64,000 nt of DNA from Glaucostegus cemiculus (taxonomy: Eukaryota): the NCBI GenBank assembly GCA_976551045.1, contig CDPCPM010000256.1, forward strand, positions 3,782,001 through 3,846,000, given 5' to 3'. The notes below the pieces were generated by a model, which had not been told where the DNA came from, ran no database searches, and saw only the letters and a program-made list of their open reading frames with translations. Shown in pieces: positions 35,231-46,480 of this stretch (position 1 is its first letter; each line of letters opens with the position of its first letter). A program made the position numbers and the translations under genes.

Positions 35231-37208
35231 TTTGTATTGCTCCAACAAGCTCTATTAGATAAATTAAAATTGTGTTGAGCTGCACATCACTGACCAGATC
35301 TTGTCAGCAAGATCACAAATGATATTGACTCTGAGCTGTGCCATTTAAGTTTTATCAAAGAGGCTCTCGTCACTTAGAATTGCAAAAGAGCTCAGTGACA
35401 TCCAGGAAGTCCCACTGTAGCCTTGACTACAGAGTTCAGCCACCGAAGTAGTATCAGCTGTGCTGTGTTTCAAAGGTTTAAATCTTGCTTTAAAAAATAC
35501 ATTTTCCCAGAAATACTGGTGGATATTTTTATCAAGATCATTGTACTTATTGATGTTCTGTAGCATAACTGATGTGAGCACCATTAAGCCATTATTAGTG
35601 TGCATTTTTATAAGCAGCTCTGTTTTTCTCAGCCTTGCTGTATCTTTGCTGTTTATAAGAATTGTGCATTGTGGTGCCAGGTACAGGAATGTCCTTGGTA
35701 TGTTTTACTTGGTCTCTAATAACTAACCTCTTCAACTTAATGTTCTTCATTAAATGAGAGGCTGCTTTTCAGAACCCATACTAAAGTTCAGAGAAGTTAT
35801 GAATATTTTGTTGCTGGATTAGATTTGAAGAAAATTAAACATTTTTATAGCAACTTTAAACATCTCAAAGTCAATGAGTTGTTCTAAGATGCATAAGGAA
35901 AAGCTGCACATAAATGTTTGTTACGAAGCTGATTTGCTGTATCTTTCACTGCTAGTTAGCCTTACTTGCGAATGCAATGTACTGTTTGGAGTTCCAACAG
36001 TGAGAATGGAATTTGTAACTTCTACAAAATTCCTAAATTAAGGTCTGTTGTAACTCATTGCCCCACCTCTCCAACAATGCAGGGAATTCCTTAGTGCCTC
36101 TTCTCAGCCCATTAGTTATGTTCTGATCCAAAATGCTTCATCATGTTTCTGATCGACTATCATCCAGTTATACATCTTAAATGTTCTCCATTCACTAACA
36201 TCAAAGTGATTTGCTGCTCCTTGCAATTTCAATTGGTTTAAAAGTCTAGAAATCAACATGAGGTTTCTGCTGATCCTTCTGAGCTGTTTTAACTTTAAAT
36301 TGCATTCGCTCTGGGCCTTGTTCCTTCTTAACACCCTCAAAATGTAGCACTTTTCTTTCCCAGTTTTCTTTCAGTAACTGCTTTGTAGCATTGTTTGCTG
36401 TATTTCAGCATTTTGTATCAGTAGCTCATTGGAAGCAATACCTAATCTTGTAAAATTTGACAAGTAATCGGGTCTTCCAAAGATCTTTCCATGTGTCTGA
36501 ACTACAAGATAAAGCTGCTGATGTAATCATCTGGAATCTGCACTGTTACCTTGCCAAATATAAAATGTTTCATTGGTGGGAAAGAAAATGTACTGTTTTT
36601 ACACTTCCATGCACTAACTGCCTCCCCCACCCCACCCATCCCACTCCCAAAATACAGCCATTAAAAAGAATTAAAAATGTACAGTTATTGGAGGGGGAAA
36701 AGAAGTGTCTTCTAAGAATCCAGACCTTTCCTGGTGCTCCTGTGTAAAACTATTTTTCACTTGTGGAAATGCTTGGGCTTTGCACACTGCCTGTTTAAGG
36801 CTGAGATCCACCAGGCCAAGTACTAAATTAAGAATTACCTGTGTGTGGAAATCATTAAAATGAGAGGTTCAGAACCACATCATGTGGTAAAATGGAGACA
36901 TCTAGGAAGATACAGTGGGAGATTATAGCCCCGTGCCTCAATCCTCCCAATCTGGGCAAGCAAAAGCCATAAAAGAAAAAAATACAGTTTGGACTATAAT
37001 CTGAGTTGGCTTTGAGCAAACTCAGTTGAGACTGAATCTTAACCAGATGTAACGCTTGCTAATTGTACAGAGTAATACAACTCCAGTCTGGGTCTGAAGC
37101 TGTTCTGAAGGCTGGTCCAGCTTTTGCTTTGCAAAAGATCCCTTATCTTTTTCTGAAAAATGTCTTTTATCAGTTGGTGAAATGTAATTCTTTTAAACCT
37201 GCCCACAG

Positions 37209-37277
37209 ATCAGAATGGTGGCCAAACTGGTCAGATGGATTATTCCAAAGCCTGGGAAGATTACTACAAAATACTTG
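37209..37277 (+). CDS. FUBP3: FUBP3 exon 17 (69 nt): DQNGGQTGQMDYSKAWEDYYKIL
   Basis: gcccacag acceptor; g|gtatgc donor; phase 1 to 1; DYSKAWEDYYK tyrosine-rich motif. Confidence 0.95.
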
Positions 37278-39999
37278 GTATGCACTTTTCTTGGACTGAT
37301 ATTCTATAATATTTTTGAGTTGCATTCTCAGAGTATTTGCACGAAGCAGCTATTGTGGAATAGAGAATTCCCTTCTTCCCCCATGTTTCTTTCCTTCACC
37401 CCTTACTAATTGTTCCGACCCCACCTCTATTTCTCCCTTCCTGCCTCAGGCATTTGTAATCTTGCTTTGATTGAGCTTCTCCTTAACTTTTCCAATTGAG
37501 CAAACAGGATATCTACAGTGCTGCTTTATACGCAGTGATTTATGAATACATGAGTGGTTCTGGTAAATTGTTCACTGAATTCTAGTGCTTGGAGGACAGC
37601 AAGGGATGTTGTACAGGAATAACCTCTGGTATGGTATGCCAGTCAAATAAACTGATAGAGATACAGGAGTGCAGGGTATTCCAGATGAAGTCCAGTACTA
37701 ATCCATAGTGTTCCTATTGCAGAACTACAACTAGAAATGAAATAAATCAAGTATGTGGGAGGGAAGGGGAATCCACCTGCTATGTAATTTGCCTTACTTT
37801 GAACAGCTAATTCCAGAGCCCCACTGGATGCAGGTTTATTCTTCTGTTCCAACCACAGTAGGTTAGCTACCCTGCTGCGTGTCAGCTACGTGTAGGCTAT
37901 TGAGCAGCATCATTTTATTTGTCATGTGGCCAGTAAGTGGTGCAGGTGGTGTCAGCATCACCACTGCCACCAAATATGTCAAGAAATCATTTTTCCAGAA
38001 ATGCTTTGATGTCCGGAGGGACGATGTACTTGTCCCACAAGCTAGTAACTTGCGACTGATTGGATGGGGTTCATTGGTGAAGTGGAGTGGATTGGGGTGA
38101 TTTGTAACTACTTGTTCGTGTTGCTTGATGTGGCCAGTTTAGTGTTCGCAGGATAACAGAGTTGTAATATTGATCATTCAGCTGGTGCAAATGATAATTT
38201 TTGCATCATTGAGTTCATCTGTGGAGCCCATAGGACTTGTATAGCTCTTTTAAAGAGCTCGCACAGCTTGTACCTTTTCCTTGTTCTTCTTCCCCCCACA
38301 CCTTTTTAATAAGTTCCATATTTTGCTTCTACCAAGCCTAGTCTAGGTGTACTGAGGCTCTGTACTAAAATTGTCAATGTCCCCCATAATCCATTTTGCT
38401 AGTTTATGCCCATTACTTACTAATGTGGCAGTCAGTGGAAAGTTTTGTCCATACTTTGGCTCTGTCATATGTTTTCTGTTCTAATGAATTTTCCAATCAG
38501 TTGCAGCAATTGAAGGCCTACTTTGCTGAACAAGTTTGCATTAATCATTAATACCTGATTATTGGATATGTGTAGTTCAGCAGTACTGCTTTGTGCAGCT
38601 ATTCTAATCAGATCCAGGTAGCTTGTAGCAGTAGAGTGTGGAAAATTCCTGGTGTTTTCTGCAATAGAGATTTCATAGATCACCAGATCATACGGTCAGC
38701 ATTTGCTATCTGAAATGGTTTCACATAATTATAATACAAATGTGAATACATTTGAACATATTTTGTTACTTTTAGGAAACAGTGATGGTGGTCCCATCAC
38801 TTGGAGAACAAATAATTGGTCTGCAGGCAGTGCGTTGTTTTATGACAACATGTCTCATTCCCCATGCCCGAAAACATTATTTATTCAATAGGAAGTGACA
38901 GTGGGAGACCCTAGTCTAACAGTTTAGTTACCTAAATGAAATGATAGTTTTACAGTACTTCATTCTCCATAATGTAAATATTGTTACATACATGTTTAGT
39001 ACTTCGATTGTTCTGAATCAATAATGTTAAATATTAATTTTGTTTTGAAATGAAAAAGCATGAGGAATCTTTTGTCGCCTGTAGCAGGTGGAACCTGTAG
39101 TTGGTCCTGACCTTCCTTTTGTAGGATCTTGTCCTATGACAATGGCCAACCCACTTGTTTTCACATTTTTTTTGCCCTTCTACAGACTTTATGTTTAAGT
39201 GGTCCCTTCCCCCACCTCTTTAATGCCATTTGTAGCTGTTCTGAGGGATAGAAGTCCTTCGGGGTCAAAACAGCACTGCATGCTCTTCAAAGGGCAGGAG
39301 AAACGATTCCCAAACCATTCATGTAGAGGTCGTTTTTTTGTGATTGCTGCTGGGGTCCACGCCTGCTGGTGACTTGTGCCATCTTCTGGCTGCTGATATT
39401 GTCTGTTGCTGATTTAAAATGATCTTGCTGCGCCCCAAGGGCAACTGCTTGATACCTTACTGAAGAGTCCTGTTGTGAACATGGGCAGGATAAATGGAAC
39501 TTGAAGATTTGGGGGGGGGGGTTGTGAGTCAAATCCACAGCCATTTCAAATGAGCTTGCATCAAAGGGCTCAAGAATCCTCCATCAAATAACCTAACAAT
39601 TTTCGTGTGATCTTCACTGAGATGATCAGTAGAAGAGTGTTACGTTTGTTGCCCTCTGAAATTGTGGGCTATGGGCTTTGAAACAAGTTTGAATATGTGA
39701 CATAATTACATCTTTCCAGTTTTCATCAGGAATTTGCAACACATTGCAGATTGCACAGATTTCAAACATGTTTGTCTTGTTTTGTGTAAACTTCTGCAGG
39801 ATTTGAAATGAATCTGCTTTCATTTCTAGCTTAAGATGTTATTTAATACATATAATTCTTAGGAGTGTCTATCGTGTTCAGAAAATGTTAGAAAAACTTG
39901 CCATATTTAAGGTTGACTAGTGGTTACTGAGGCTGTGATCAAACCCTACAACTTACTATTGTCTGCAGACTTGGCAAAAATTGTAATTGTTTAATTATA

Positions 40000-40255
40000 G
40001 GGTGGCACGATAGCATAGCGGTTAGCGCGACGCTGTTACAGCGCCAGCGATCGGGTTTCGATTCCCATCGCTGTCTGTAAGGAGTTTGTACGTTCTCCCG
40101 TGTCAGAGTGGGTTTCCTCCGGGTGCTTCGGTTTCCTCCCACATTCTAAAGACGTACGGGTAGGTTAATTTGGGGGTTGAAAATGAGCGGTGCGGACTCG
40201 TTGGGCCAAAAGGGCCTGTTACCGCACTGTAAATAAATAAGTTTAAAAAAAAATA
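40000..40255 (+). mobile_element. tRNA-derived V-domain SINE (HE1-like), young copy
   Basis: Same head, V-domain and tail as the 7505 and 18511 copies. Confidence 0.9.
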
Positions 40256-40899
40256 TATCAATTGTAATCTGCAAGCAATTGATTTGGAATTTGACAAGAG
40301 TTTGAACCATTTTTGTTCCTCCTCCTCTGAGGTTAGCAACCAGCTACAATTCCTACCTTTCATTTTTATCCAGTAATCCCACCCATTGCAGAGCTGAGAC
40401 TAACTCTACATTTTACATTCTATATTTATTGCACTGCATTTTACCTTGTGTAAGGAATGGGCATTAATGTTGTTACACTGCCATTAAACTGTTAGTGAGA
40501 GCACCTCCAGGAGTGAGGAATGAAACTGCTACTGCAGAAGATCTATTCAGAGGATGGAGGATTAAAAACATTCTCACAGTGCTGCTTGCCATGGAAGATG
40601 TCTTTTATTTTTATGTATATGAACCTTACCCTTGTAATTCTGGTTAGTGTGAATTTCACATCCCAAAACATTGGAGAGTTTGTTAAATGCACAATTCATA
40701 ATTTTTTGTTCTGAGCACAGAGTTACACAGAGAACTACCAAGGGCCCTTAAAGTGAAGGTGTAGAATAATTGTATTGCTGCAGTTTTGAGCTGTTACTAA
40801 TTGAGTAAAACTAATTCTCTATCTCATAATTCAGAAGTTCCCATGGTTCAGTGTTTGGCTCACTAATTAGCCTGGAGTATGAACCCAGGGACTAGGAGG

Positions 40900-40975
40900 G
40901 TGGGCTAGGTGAGTGACTGGAGCCAGGTATCTGGAGTGTGGGCCAAGTGAGTGACCAGAGCCGAGGGTCTGGAGT
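40900..40975 (+). repeat. 38-bp tandem duplication carrying GTGAGT donor-like sites
   Basis: gtgggctaggtgagtgactggagccaggtatctggagt / gtgggccaagtgagtgaccagagccgagggtctggagt. Confidence 0.85.
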
Positions 40976-42599
40976 GCTAATGTTTCAGCTTGTTTTGACG
41001 ATCTGAAACTCCAAGCTGAATCTCACAGGCTTCTGTTTCCTGCTTCCTTTAAACTCATCAGGTATATTGCAAAATGTATTACATTACTATGTAATGCAAA
41101 AAAAAGTGAAATAGAAGTGTTTTGATATCAATAAGGGCAATATCTAATAGTTTAAAAACAAAAACTGCTAGTTTGGCACAACCGAAGTCCAAGGAAAGCA
41201 GACTATCAGAGTTTCACTGTAGTATTCATGGATTAGTTTCATTTACTGAGTTGTATATTTTAACAGACTTCTTTAAATGCAACAACTAATTCTGATTCTC
41301 TTCTAGTGTTCAGAAATCTGTTCTGCCTAATGTGATACTTCAGTTTTTTCTTTCTGCCAACTGCCTTTAGTTGTAAGTAAAAGCACATTCACCGCCTTGG
41401 AAATCAGCGATTCTGCGGAGTGTATGGCACAGATATCTTTCATTCCATGCTGCATTTTGAAACCACTTTATTGCTTGGTTTTAAAAGACACCTGTATGTG
41501 TTTGTGCTAGTCATTTTAAGAACCTATATCTTTGTGCGTAATTCATTAGCTGGTCAGAACAGCCAGTGTTTTTACATCTCAAAATGATGGTGAATTTAAC
41601 TACAAGTCAAGAAGGTAGTTCTCTAGAATGGAATGAAATGGATTGCATACATCTTTCATGCAATAATCGTAACGTGCTGCATCAGGATTCCCACGAACGA
41701 TTGACGGAAAGTGCATCATTTAACGTTACTCCATTTGGCTGAGAAAAGGTACCCAAGTAACATTTCGCATAGTTTTAAGATACTGTTTGTATCTGACCTT
41801 TTTAGTGTCCCCAGCTGGCTTGCTTTTTCACAGCATAGACGGACATATGTGGGACATGCATTATTTCATTTAAAGATGAGGAGCTTGTCCCATGTGGCAT
41901 GCAGGTTAGAAGCCCACCTGTGGTAAACAGTGTTAGTGGAAGGTGGAGTCAGGAGGAACACTGCGGTATTTTATCATTGCCCTCTACTCCCATTTCACGT
42001 AACTGGTTAAGGGTAGTATGTTCATTTACAATGGGGGCATTGTTGAATGGTGGCTGTTAGCACAGGCACTTGGCTGTTATGCTGTTCATAAATGTAATCC
42101 CCATGAATCATCATGGGTTATGACCTCATTACCACCAGAGCGCTTCATCTGTTGTAACACTGTCACTTTGCTGAATGGAAACATCTGGCATAAAATTATC
42201 TCCATGTTTTATGACCTTGAAAAGATTATTACTTAGCCATCTCTACCAAGGGGCTCAGATGTGCATCAGATAAGTTTCCACTGTTGCAAAAATCAATCAG
42301 TGTGTTTTAATGTGTAAGTGGAATTTTGTTAGATTTGTCCAGGATAAGTTTTTAAACTGAGGCCACTTTCTCCAAGAATTGTCAAGTACACAAGTCCTAG
42401 ACGAGACAGACTGGGATAGATTGCTGGAAGAAGTTTGGTGCAGAAAGATCTGAAGAGCAATAGGCTCAAGTGGGATACAGCAAAAATAACTTGAGGAAGA
42501 GTAAGAAGTGTAACAGAGCTTCATATTGTTGCAGAGAAAGTAATTGTTCAAAGATCAGGATGTAACCTGGTGAATGGCATCGGAGGAATTGTAGTTGGA

Positions 42600-44610
42600 A
42601 AAAGATTCTAAATGTAATAACGTGCCAGATTCCTCCCATTGTGCTCCCAAGATACTGCACATCTTGTCTACCAGAGACAGTGGCACAGTGACATAGAGGT
42701 AGGCAAGAACAGCCCTGAGAATCCTCAACATTGACTCCAGACCCTTCAAAATCTCATCCTATCAGATCAGATATTGTCAAGGAAACTCTTCCTGATTGCC
42801 TCTTGCTCTCCTTCCTTACATGAAGTATCAGTGCTCCATGTTGAACAATGCTTGGATGAAGAGGTGCAGGGGTACAGAATATTCTCTGAATAGGAGACTT
42901 CAGTATCAATCACCATTGGCTTGGGAAATGCCATCACTAACTGACCCAGAGGAGTCCTGAAGGCTGATTCTGCGATAACAGAACCGATGCAAAATGAACC
43001 TCCTTGACCTAGTCCTTGCTAATCTACCTGTTACAGTTGTATCAGTCCGTTACAGCATTACTAGGAGTGAACAATAGACTATCCTTTTGGAGGCAGAACC
43101 CCCCTCCTTCATCCCAAGGACATTCCATCATGCTAAATGGGGACGACGTAATAGATCAGGGAACTCAGAACTGCACATCCATGACCTACACAAATGTAGA
43201 CCTTACAGTCCATGGTCTCATCCTGAGATTACTGTCGACCAAGGGAGATCAACCCTGGTTGAATGAGTGCCTAAGGGTGTGCTGGGAGCAGCATCTGGTA
43301 CTTAGAAGGTTTTCAACCAGGTGCCACACAGATTACGAAACAAAATCAGAGGGTACAGTACTCAAGAGTATACTGGTGTGGATTGAAGATTGGTTAATGG
43401 ACAGGGAAAGAAGAGGAATAAATGGGCCATTCTCAATGGGAGGCTGTGACTGGCGGCATGATGTAGGGTTTGGTACTGGGATGTCATAATTAGTACAAAG
43501 ATTTAGAGGGGATTATTATCCAAGTATTATCTAATATTATCTTAATATTATCTAAGTTTGTTGTTGATGCAAGCAGACTGGGATTATGAGCTGTGAGGAA
43601 GGTGCAAAGAGACTTCAGGGATATTTAGATAAGTGGATGTGTGAGGACGTGGCAGATGGGATATAATGTAGACAAATGTGAAGTTACAGCACGATGCTGG
43701 AGGGACTCAGCGGGTCAGCCAGCATCAACGAAGGGAAACAGGCAGTCAATGTTTTGAGTCAAGACCCTTCATCTGGATGGGGTTATCTAGACCGAGGTTA
43801 TCCACTTTGGTAGAAAGATAGAAAGCCAGTCAATTAGAATGTAAACTTAAATGATGATGTTCAAGAGGGTCGGAGTATCCCTGCATGCAGCAAGACCTGG
43901 ATAACATCAACCCACATTGATGGAAGTGACATCAGTGCCGCAGAAGTACTGGGCAATGATAATCTCCAAGTAGAGTTTAAAACATACCATTGACATTCAA
44001 TAGCGTTGCTGTCATCGTCCCCACCAGGAGCATGCGGATGTTAACTTTGGACTAGATGCATTTGTGTGGCAATAAGTATAGGTGAGTGGCTGAGTGTCTT
44101 TTGGCAAAAGGCTCGGCTACTGCAGCCATTTCACCAACTGCAAGGCACGAGTCAGAAGCATGATGGAATGTTCTCTGGCTTCAACAGTGCTCATGGAGCT
44201 TGACAATATTCGAGACAAAGCTTGATTGGCATCCCATCCACTAAATATTTGCCCCACCCCACCCCCAACCCTTCAAACATAGCACAGTTACAACTGATGT
44301 GTACCATTTGCAAAATCCACAGTAGTCGCACAATTCTAGCTGCTTGTCCTACACCCATGATCTCACCCCAGAGGAGGAGACAGGCAGCAGGTGCAGAGGC
44401 ACCACCTGCAGGTTCACTTTCAAGTCGCATGCCATTCTGACTGGGAAATGTATCACCACTCTATCATACCTGGGTCTGAGTCCTTGAAATGCTGGCTTTT
44501 TGCCTTTGCAGGAGTACTTTCAGAAGGACTGCAGTGGTTTAAAAAGATGGCTCACCAGGCCTCCTCAAGGGAAGGGCAATAAGTGCTGCCCTGTCAACAA
44601 AGCCCACATG
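42600..44610 (+). mobile_element. Composite of nested retroelements: LINE (endonuclease part to ~43325, 3' part 43870-44610), interrupted by a CR1 RT fragment (43330-43830), itself interrupted at 43687-43793
   Basis: GDF and LLDLVLANLP endonuclease-like remnants; GDQPW; CR1 WIEDWL and KCEV/IHFG; MQQDLDNI; shared LINE tail. Confidence 0.65.
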
Positions 44611-44739
44611 GAAATTTTTAGAGTTATTTCATGTATAACTTTGTGGTTAAATCTGTACTTTTGTCCCTGAACATTCAAATCCATGTTATAGCTCTGTATT
44701 TGCAGTGGAGAGAGTGGGGAAACGATACATAGCACATGT

Positions 44740-45616
44740 GAAACCAAGGAGTGGATTTTAGGAGGGGTCACCGTGTGCACGCCCCGCTGACCATCAACAG
44801 GTCTGCTGTGGAACAAGTACGCAACACCAAGTTCCTGGGGGTGCACATCACCGACGACCTGACCTGGTCCACTAACATTACGGCCCTCACGAAGAAGGCT
44901 CAGAAACGCCTCTACTTCCTGCGGAGACTGAGGAAAGCGTACCCCCATCCCTCCGTCATGAAATCCTTCTACAGGGGGACCATTGAGAGCATCCTAACTC
45001 AATGTATCACTGTTTGGTTTGGAAGCTGCTCAGCTGCTGGGCGGAAGTCCCTCCAGAAGATAGTTAGGGCTGCGGAGTGGATCATGGGTGTCTCGCTTCC
45101 ATCCCTCGCAGACATATACAAAGACCGTTGTGTGAGGAAGACCAAAAGCATAATGGCCGACCCTTCTCACCCCTCCCACCACCTCTTCACAATTTTGCCA
45201 TCAGGGAGGAGGCTTAAGTGTATCAGGGCAAGAACGACCAGGCTGAACAATAGCTTCTTTCCGCAGGCCATCAGAACTGCAAACTCTCTCATCCCTCCAT
45301 CTTCCTTTGTTAACACTAAGAGATGCTAGGTGCACAGAAATGCACCAGCACTTTAAATGCCCGACTCCAGCCCGTTCACTTTAATAACTATTTATTTATT
45401 TACTGGCCATTTTTAATTTAATCTGCGTAATAATTTAACTTTAACCTCCATAGCTTCTAATGTGTAATGTTTTGTACTGTGTATTCTGCCAAGTGTTTAT
45501 GTGTGTCTCTGTTGGTTGTTATGTTATTTTTATGGGACGAGCACCTGAGGAGGATGGTATCTCGCTCCTATGCATACTGTGTATGTATATGGTTGTGACA
45601 ATAAAACTGATTCTGA
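44740..45616 (+). mobile_element. 5'-truncated Rex1/Babar-type LINE with an intact C-terminal ORF (44751-45329)
   Basis: DFRR..APLTIN..VEQV...KFLGVHITDDLTWS...KKAQKRLYFLRRLRK...IESILT.CITVW...DPSHP.H.LF..LPSGRR...NSFFPQAIR (RT C-terminus/DUF1891-like); 3'UTR with AATAAA and ttctga tail. Confidence 0.9.
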
Positions 45617-46119
45617 ATTGCATTGTGATAGTGTTTGCCCGTTGACCCTGGGTCAGCAAACAATTAACTTGGCACAAAATACAAGAATATATTACCAGAA
45701 AGTTTGTCTGGCAGAAATTACGCTAAGAAGTTTTGCAGCTGATATTTTGCACCTGATATGCAGGTAAAACAATCGAAGACTTGTTTTAATTCCTGTTTTG
45801 CTCGTGTTTGTTACCTTTTGAGGAGTAAGTGCCTATCTCTCGTGCAGTATGAGGTAAACCATCCTCATATCACTTTGCATTTGGTTATGAGTGATGGCTT
45901 TATATTGGGTCTTATTGACTAGAGCTGCAGTATTCACTTATGAGTATTGTAGACATCTGAACTTGAAGTACCAGAAGCAAGTGTGGTACCAACAGATGGT
46001 TTTTGACTTACTCAGTTGTGAACATCCTTGCCTGAATTCTTGCTGTTGATTTATGCTGTAATAGCGACTAACCCTACAGAAGTGTGTGTGGAAGGTTTAG
46101 TGAATTATCAGTGGACATT

Positions 46120-46345
46120 AAAACCAAGGCCCTCTTTGTATGTTGCAGAAAACAGCATTATATTAAAATGATGAGCTTTCTTGAATTCTGCTGAATGCTG
46201 CACCAGCACCACCCAACAAAATAAATTGTCGTTCATCTCTCTTATCCTTTATACAGTGCTGACAACTTGTCAATGACCGCACTTTCAAAAGTGATTGATT
46301 AGCTGTGAAGCGTGTTGGGAAACCCAGAGGGCATAAGACAAAGTG
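46120..46345 (+). mobile_element. Old Deu-domain SINE (SacSINE1/AmnSINE1-like) 3' part
   Basis: cactttcaaaagtgattgattagctgtgaagcgtgttggga resembles the DeuSINE 3' region. Confidence 0.5.
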
Positions 46346-46480
46346 AAAATCAAAGAAACACAGATGTCAGATATCTGAAATAAAAACAAATTGCAAGAAA
46401 CACTCCAAATTGGGCAGCATCTGTGGAAAGAGCAATTAATGCTTCTGGTTAAAGACCCTTTATCAGAGAAGTTTTGCATT
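46345..46480 (+). mobile_element. Penelope-associated short repeat
   Basis: cagatgtcagatatctgaaataaaaaca...ggcagcatctgtggaaagag...gaccctttatcaga. Confidence 0.55.

Noticed and set aside
40900-40975. CRISPR-like repeat array
   Set aside because: Two adjacent units with no spacers, in a vertebrate intron
41582-41721. C/D box snoRNA
   Set aside because: The C-box-like atgatgg is imperfect and no CTGA D box lies next to the 3' stem; kept only as a generic structure candidate
44751-45329. Host gene nested in the intron (such ORFs are often auto-labelled as ALKBH8 N-terminal-like)
   Set aside because: It is the C-terminal part of a Rex1/Babar retrotransposon ORF with its own 3' tail, and a second tail copy lies at 29.3 kb
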